From Dipteris shenzhenensis (taxonomy: Eukaryota), in assembly GCA_047967505.1 (NCBI GenBank), contig CM106538.1: DNA of 64,000 nucleotides; one strand, given 5' to 3'. Of the stretch, positions 63,547 to 64,000 are shown one piece after another (within the stretch, counting starts at the first letter, position 1; each line of letters begins with the position of its first letter). Under the pieces are notes generated by a model, which had not been told where the DNA came from, searched no databases, and worked only from the letters and a program-made list of their open reading frames with translations. Made by a program: the position numbers and the translations under genes.

Positions 63547-64000
63547 ATTGCAAGGGAGGGCAGGTTTTGTAGCTTGAGGTCTCTATGGGAGCCAATGGTT
63601 TGTCGAAAGGGAGACCGTGAGTGGCATAGGATCTCAGGGGTGGAAATTGTGACTATCCTAAACGTGCCCTAAACCAACCCGGTGATTGAAATTGTGACTG
63701 TGCACAGCATATGGGGATTTTCAAACAACCAACTGATTAAAACAAGAAAACGTTATTATTTCTGCAGTGCGTGCATCATAGGGGATCATGACGATTGTGA
63801 GAATATTGCAATTGCAAAGACATGGGAGTGAGTTCAAGTTTTCCCTCTACGTCCAGATGGAGTGACAAACAATGGAGAGACAAATGACTCACCACAATTT
63901 GGGGAGAGTTTCGATGACCTCTCTGACTATCTGGAAGAGGGAGATAACTTTGCAGTTGTCGCAGATTCTTGAGAGAACGAGGAAGATGACCCATACTTTC

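Larger units (their letters stand above)
60830..64000 (+). pseudogene. Second, divergent Sola2-like transposase remnant, intron-containing and lacking the catalytic core (runs off the window end)
   Basis: Translated pieces align by eye to the 29704-32642 protein: QLAAKRA/ALAARPA; SLWALIKRKKRRDSL..FWHENMRVS; MELYLKF..IGQRSFEHCKP*YVR..CCKTHIDF (from 62829); SLWEPMVCRKGDREWH; ACIIGDHDDC..DDLSDYLEEGDNFAVVA (63769-64000). Confidence 0.8.

Noticed and set aside
39740-64000. Right terminal inverted repeat of the 28001 transposon (expected ...CCCTTAGCTTGCTACTTCCC)
   Set aside because: Not found by eye; only trivial partial matches (e.g. near 47460 and 48716), consistent with loss by deletion at 33726.

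Overview
Eukaryotic, repeat-rich land-plant genomic DNA; a fern-like large genome is my inference, not proven. Two host genes are supported. One is the 3' six exons of a YeeZ/At1g19690-like NAD(P)-dependent epimerase/dehydratase (+, 15362-16941), whose 5' exons lie outside the window. The other is a complete 5-exon, 305-aa two-HMA-domain heavy-metal-associated isoprenylated protein (HIPP; -, 48892-50445). The rest is mostly transposon-derived: a decayed Ty1/Copia (103-11784) interrupted in its integrase by a chromodomain-bearing Ty3/Gypsy (2572-9561, TSD TCTAC); decayed LINE fragments; a duplicated 2.8-kb unclassified repeat; and a tandem Copia pair sharing one LTR (33727-39739). The most interesting feature is a DNA transposon (28001-33726) encoding a full-length, intron-containing ~949-aa DDD-type transposase with Sola2-like motifs (DFAENY / SDGCGGQFK / HGKGEHDG). 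It is inactivated only by five in-frame stops and is flanked by an array of 18-bp palindromes and a 187-bp tandem repeat. A second, divergent, core-deleted relative lies at ~60830-64000 and carries a 446-bp MITE whose empty site is also present in the window. No rRNA, tRNA or CRISPR features were found. All alignments and counts were done by eye.
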